DNA of 64,000 nucleotides from Oscillospiraceae bacterium (GTDB lineage Bacteria; Bacillota; Clostridia; Oscillospirales; Acutalibacteraceae): NCBI GenBank assembly GCA_009779995.1, contig WRDW01000003.1, positions 2,392 to 66,391 of the forward strand, read 5' to 3'. Shown piece by piece: positions 61,964 to 64,000 of this stretch (position 1 is its first letter; each line of letters starts with the position of its first letter). The notes under the pieces were generated by a model. It saw only the letters and a program-made list of their open reading frames with translations, ran no database searches and was not told where the DNA came from. The position numbers and the translations under genes were made by a program.

Positions 61964-64000
61964 TCAACAGGTTTTATTGGAAAAGAGCTTTTCGCAGGCT
62001 TTTTTTAGGTTCTGGTGCTCTGGCAGGGCCAGATCGGGGTCGTTTTCGGCGATGGCGGCGGCGGCGCGCTTCGTTTCGGCCAGCAATTCGGCGTCCGTGG
62101 CGAGGTCGGCCAGCCGCAGCGGGGGCAAGCCGTGCTGCCGCGCGCCGAAGAATTCGCCGGGGCCGCGCAGCTCGAGGTCGCGCCGGGCGATCTCGAAGCC
62201 ATCGTTCGTCTCCTTCATAATCGCAAATCTTGATTTCGCCTCTTCATTCTCGGCGTCCGAGATTAAGATGCAGGTGCTTTTGCCCGCCCCCCTGCCGATG
62301 CGCCCGCGCAATTGGTGCAGCTGCGAGAGCCCGAAGCGCTCCGCGTTCTCGACGACCATGATCACGGCGTTGGGGACGTCCACGCCGACTTCTATGACAG
62401 TCGTGGCGACCAGCAGCTGGGTCTCGCCCGCCGCGAAGGCCCGCATGGCCTCCTCCTTCTGCTTCGCGCCCAGCCTGCCGTGCAGCAGCCCGAGAGAATA
62501 TCCCGCGAAGTCCCCGCCCGAAAGCTGCTCATAGAATTGCTTGGCCGAGGAGAGCTCCCCGGCCTCGTCCTCCTTGTTCGGGGTCCCCGACGAATCCGCA
62601 GATTCGGTGGGGTGAACCCGGGGGCAGACGATATAGCCCTGCCGGCCCTGATCGAGATGCTTTTTCACGTAATTATAGGCCCGCGCGCGATAGCCGGAGG
62701 ACACCTGGTACGTTTCTACAGGTGTACGCCCGGGGGGCAGCTCGTCGAGAATCGATATGTCCAGGTCCCCGTAGATGATCATAGCCAGCGAGCGCGGGAT
62801 GGGCGTGGCGGACATGACGAGGGTGTGGGGGAGTTGACAGTTGACAGTTGACAGTTGACAGTTGACAGTTGACAGTTGACAGTTGACAGACTGATCTGCG
62901 CCTACTCCGACTGTCAACTGTCCACTGTCCACTGTCAACTGGTTTCGCTGCTCCACGCCGAACCTGTGCTGCTCATCTACAATCACCAGGGCGAGGTCGG
63001 CGAACCGGACGTCCTTTTCCAGCAGGGCGTGCGTGCCGACGATCAGCAAAATGCTGCCCTCCGCCAGGGCGGCTTTGACGGCTTTTTTTTGCGCCGCTGG
63101 CGTTGAGCCTATGAGCAGGGCGGGCTCCAGGCCCAGCTTGGTGAGGGTTTCGTGGTGCTGGCGGGCGAGCAGCTCCGTGGGGGCCATCATGGCGGCCTGC
63201 GTGCCCGCCCGCGCCGCCTGGTGGAGCAGGGCCGCGGCCACGGCCGTCTTGCCCGAGCCGACGTCGCCCTGCAGCAGACGCCGCATGGGCAGGGGCTCCG
63301 ACAGGCTCTGCGCGGCCTCCCGCGTGGCCCTGGTCTGGGCCTGCGTGGGCTCGAAGGGCAGGCGCGCGAGAAATTCCATGGCCGGTTCCGGGGGCAGGGG
63401 AGTGGCCCCGCTGCCCGCGCGGCCCTCGCGCAGCAGGCGCAGCCCCAGCTGCAATGTGATAAGCTCGTTGAAGGCTAGCCGCCGCCGTGCTCTCCGGGCT
63501 TCTTCCCAATCGGCTGGGCGGTGGATCGCCCGCAGGGCCTCGGCGCGGCCCATGAGATTGTACTCTGTTAAGATTTCCTCGGGGAGGAACTCCACGATCT
63601 GCGCGCCCGCCTGCTCCATGGCCTGGAGCACGAGCGATTCGATCTGACGGCTGGAGAAGCCCTCCGTGAGGGGGTAGACGGGCCGCAGGCGGGCCTCGCT
63701 CACCGGGGCGAATTGCGGCGCGGACATCTCCCGGGCATAAAAACTATCTGTAATTTTGCCATAGAAGAGATATTCTTCGTTCTCCCTGAGCCTGGCCGCC
63801 TGGTAGCCGGTGTTGAACAGCGTGACGGCGAGCGAGCCGGTCTCGTCGCTCACACGGGTCTTGTAGAGGGTCATGCCGGTGCGGATGTGATGCTCAACGG
63901 GGGCATAATCCACGCGCGCGCGCACACAGACCGGCGCACCCAGTGGGGCGTCGGCGATGGGGGTGATATTCTGCCAGTCCTCGTAGGCGCGCGGCACGTG
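61964..64000 (-). CDS. recG: ATP-dependent DNA helicase RecG (N-terminus beyond the window)
   Basis: ..LLQGDVGSGKT.., VIVDEQHRFGV, MSATPIPRSL, ..LLHGRL...K.., QLHQLRGRIGRG. The ORF-track start is only an in-frame GTG at the window edge. Confidence 0.93.
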   Translation of the reverse strand, partial: HVPRAYEDWQNITPIADAPLGAPVCVRARVDYAPVEHHIRTGMTLYKTRVSDETGSLAVTLFNTGYQAARLRENEEYLFYGKITDSFYAREMSAPQFAPVSEARLRPVYPLTEGFSSRQIESLVLQAMEQAGAQIVEFLPEEILTEYNLMGRAEALRAIHRPADWEEARRARRRLAFNELITLQLGLRLLREGRAGSGATPLPPEPAMEFLARLPFEPTQAQTRATREAAQSLSEPLPMRRLLQGDVGSGKTAVAAALLHQAARAGTQAAMMAPTELLARQHHETLTKLGLEPALLIGSTPAAQKKAVKAALAEGSILLIVGTHALLEKDVRFADLALVIVDEQHRFGVEQRNQLTVDSGQLTVGVGADQSVNCQLSTVNCQLSTVNCQLPHTLVMSATPIPRSLAMIIYGDLDISILDELPPGRTPVETYQVSSGYRARAYNYVKKHLDQGRQGYIVCPRVHPTESADSSGTPNKEDEAGELSSAKQFYEQLSGGDFAGYSLGLLHGRLGAKQKEEAMRAFAAGETQLLVATTVIEVGVDVPNAVIMVVENAERFGLSQLHQLRGRIGRGAGKSTCILISDAENEEAKSRFAIMKETNDGFEIARRDLELRGPGEFFGARQHGLPPLRLADLATDAELLAETKRAAAAIAENDPDLALPEHQNLKKACEKLFSNKTC
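62580..62625. repeat. REP-like hairpin element inside recG
   Basis: GGGGTCCCCGACGAATCCGCAGATTCGGTGGGGTG. Same family as 19971-20007 and 43322-43363. Translated as RVHPTESADSSGTPN. Confidence 0.85.
62832..62941. repeat. Palindromic heptamer-repeat element (AGTTGAC x8 plus inverted arm) inside recG
   Basis: Eight perfect AGTTGAC units (62832-62887), a 23-nt spacer, then CTGTCAA CTGTCCA CTGTCCA CTGTCAA. The recG reading frame stays open through it. Confidence 0.92.

Noticed and set aside
62832-62941. A CRISPR-like array (also the other heptamer arrays at 7281, 18551, 30126, 31717, 56061).
   Set aside because: The units are 7 nt and directly abutting with no spacers. No cas genes are in the window, and two arrays lie inside intact reading frames.

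Overview
High-GC (about 60%) chromosomal segment, probably from a spore-forming Clostridia-type Firmicute (SpoVB, T-box, RNase J, dlt-like operon). Most of it is core genome. It holds five aminoacyl-tRNA synthetase genes (tyrS, lysS, argS, aspS, hisS), gyrB and gyrA, and a shikimate operon (aroF-aroB-aroA-aroC-CM-aroE/K-aroQ) in which aroB to aroQ are chained by ATGA overlaps. It also holds xylA/xylB, ispE, rnj, spoVB, recG, and a six-gene envelope-modification operon (transglutaminase-like, racemase, DltA-like, carrier, MBOAT, SGNH-like). Accessory content includes MntA/HepT, YefM/YoeB, a DUF4160/DUF2442 pair, and three Uma2 nuclease paralogs wedged into the gyrB-gyrA locus. Promoters here are very canonical (TTGACA-17-TATAAT), which let me find transcription units the ORF track misses. 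Four things deserve a second look. (1) Three unannotated 26-30 codon hydrophobic-peptide ORFs each face a convergent consensus promoter, a type I toxin-antitoxin-like layout; two are clear paralogs. (2) Hairpin-forming tandem heptamer repeats and GC-rich REP-like palindromes lie between genes, in frame inside recG and aroA, and supply the stop codons of three genes. (3) A candidate aromatic-codon leader-peptide attenuator precedes the aro operon. (4) An orphan promoter-to-terminator transcript sits next to tyrS. I saw no CRISPR array, rRNA, tRNA, transposase or integrase. All family assignments come from reading the translations; no database search was possible.
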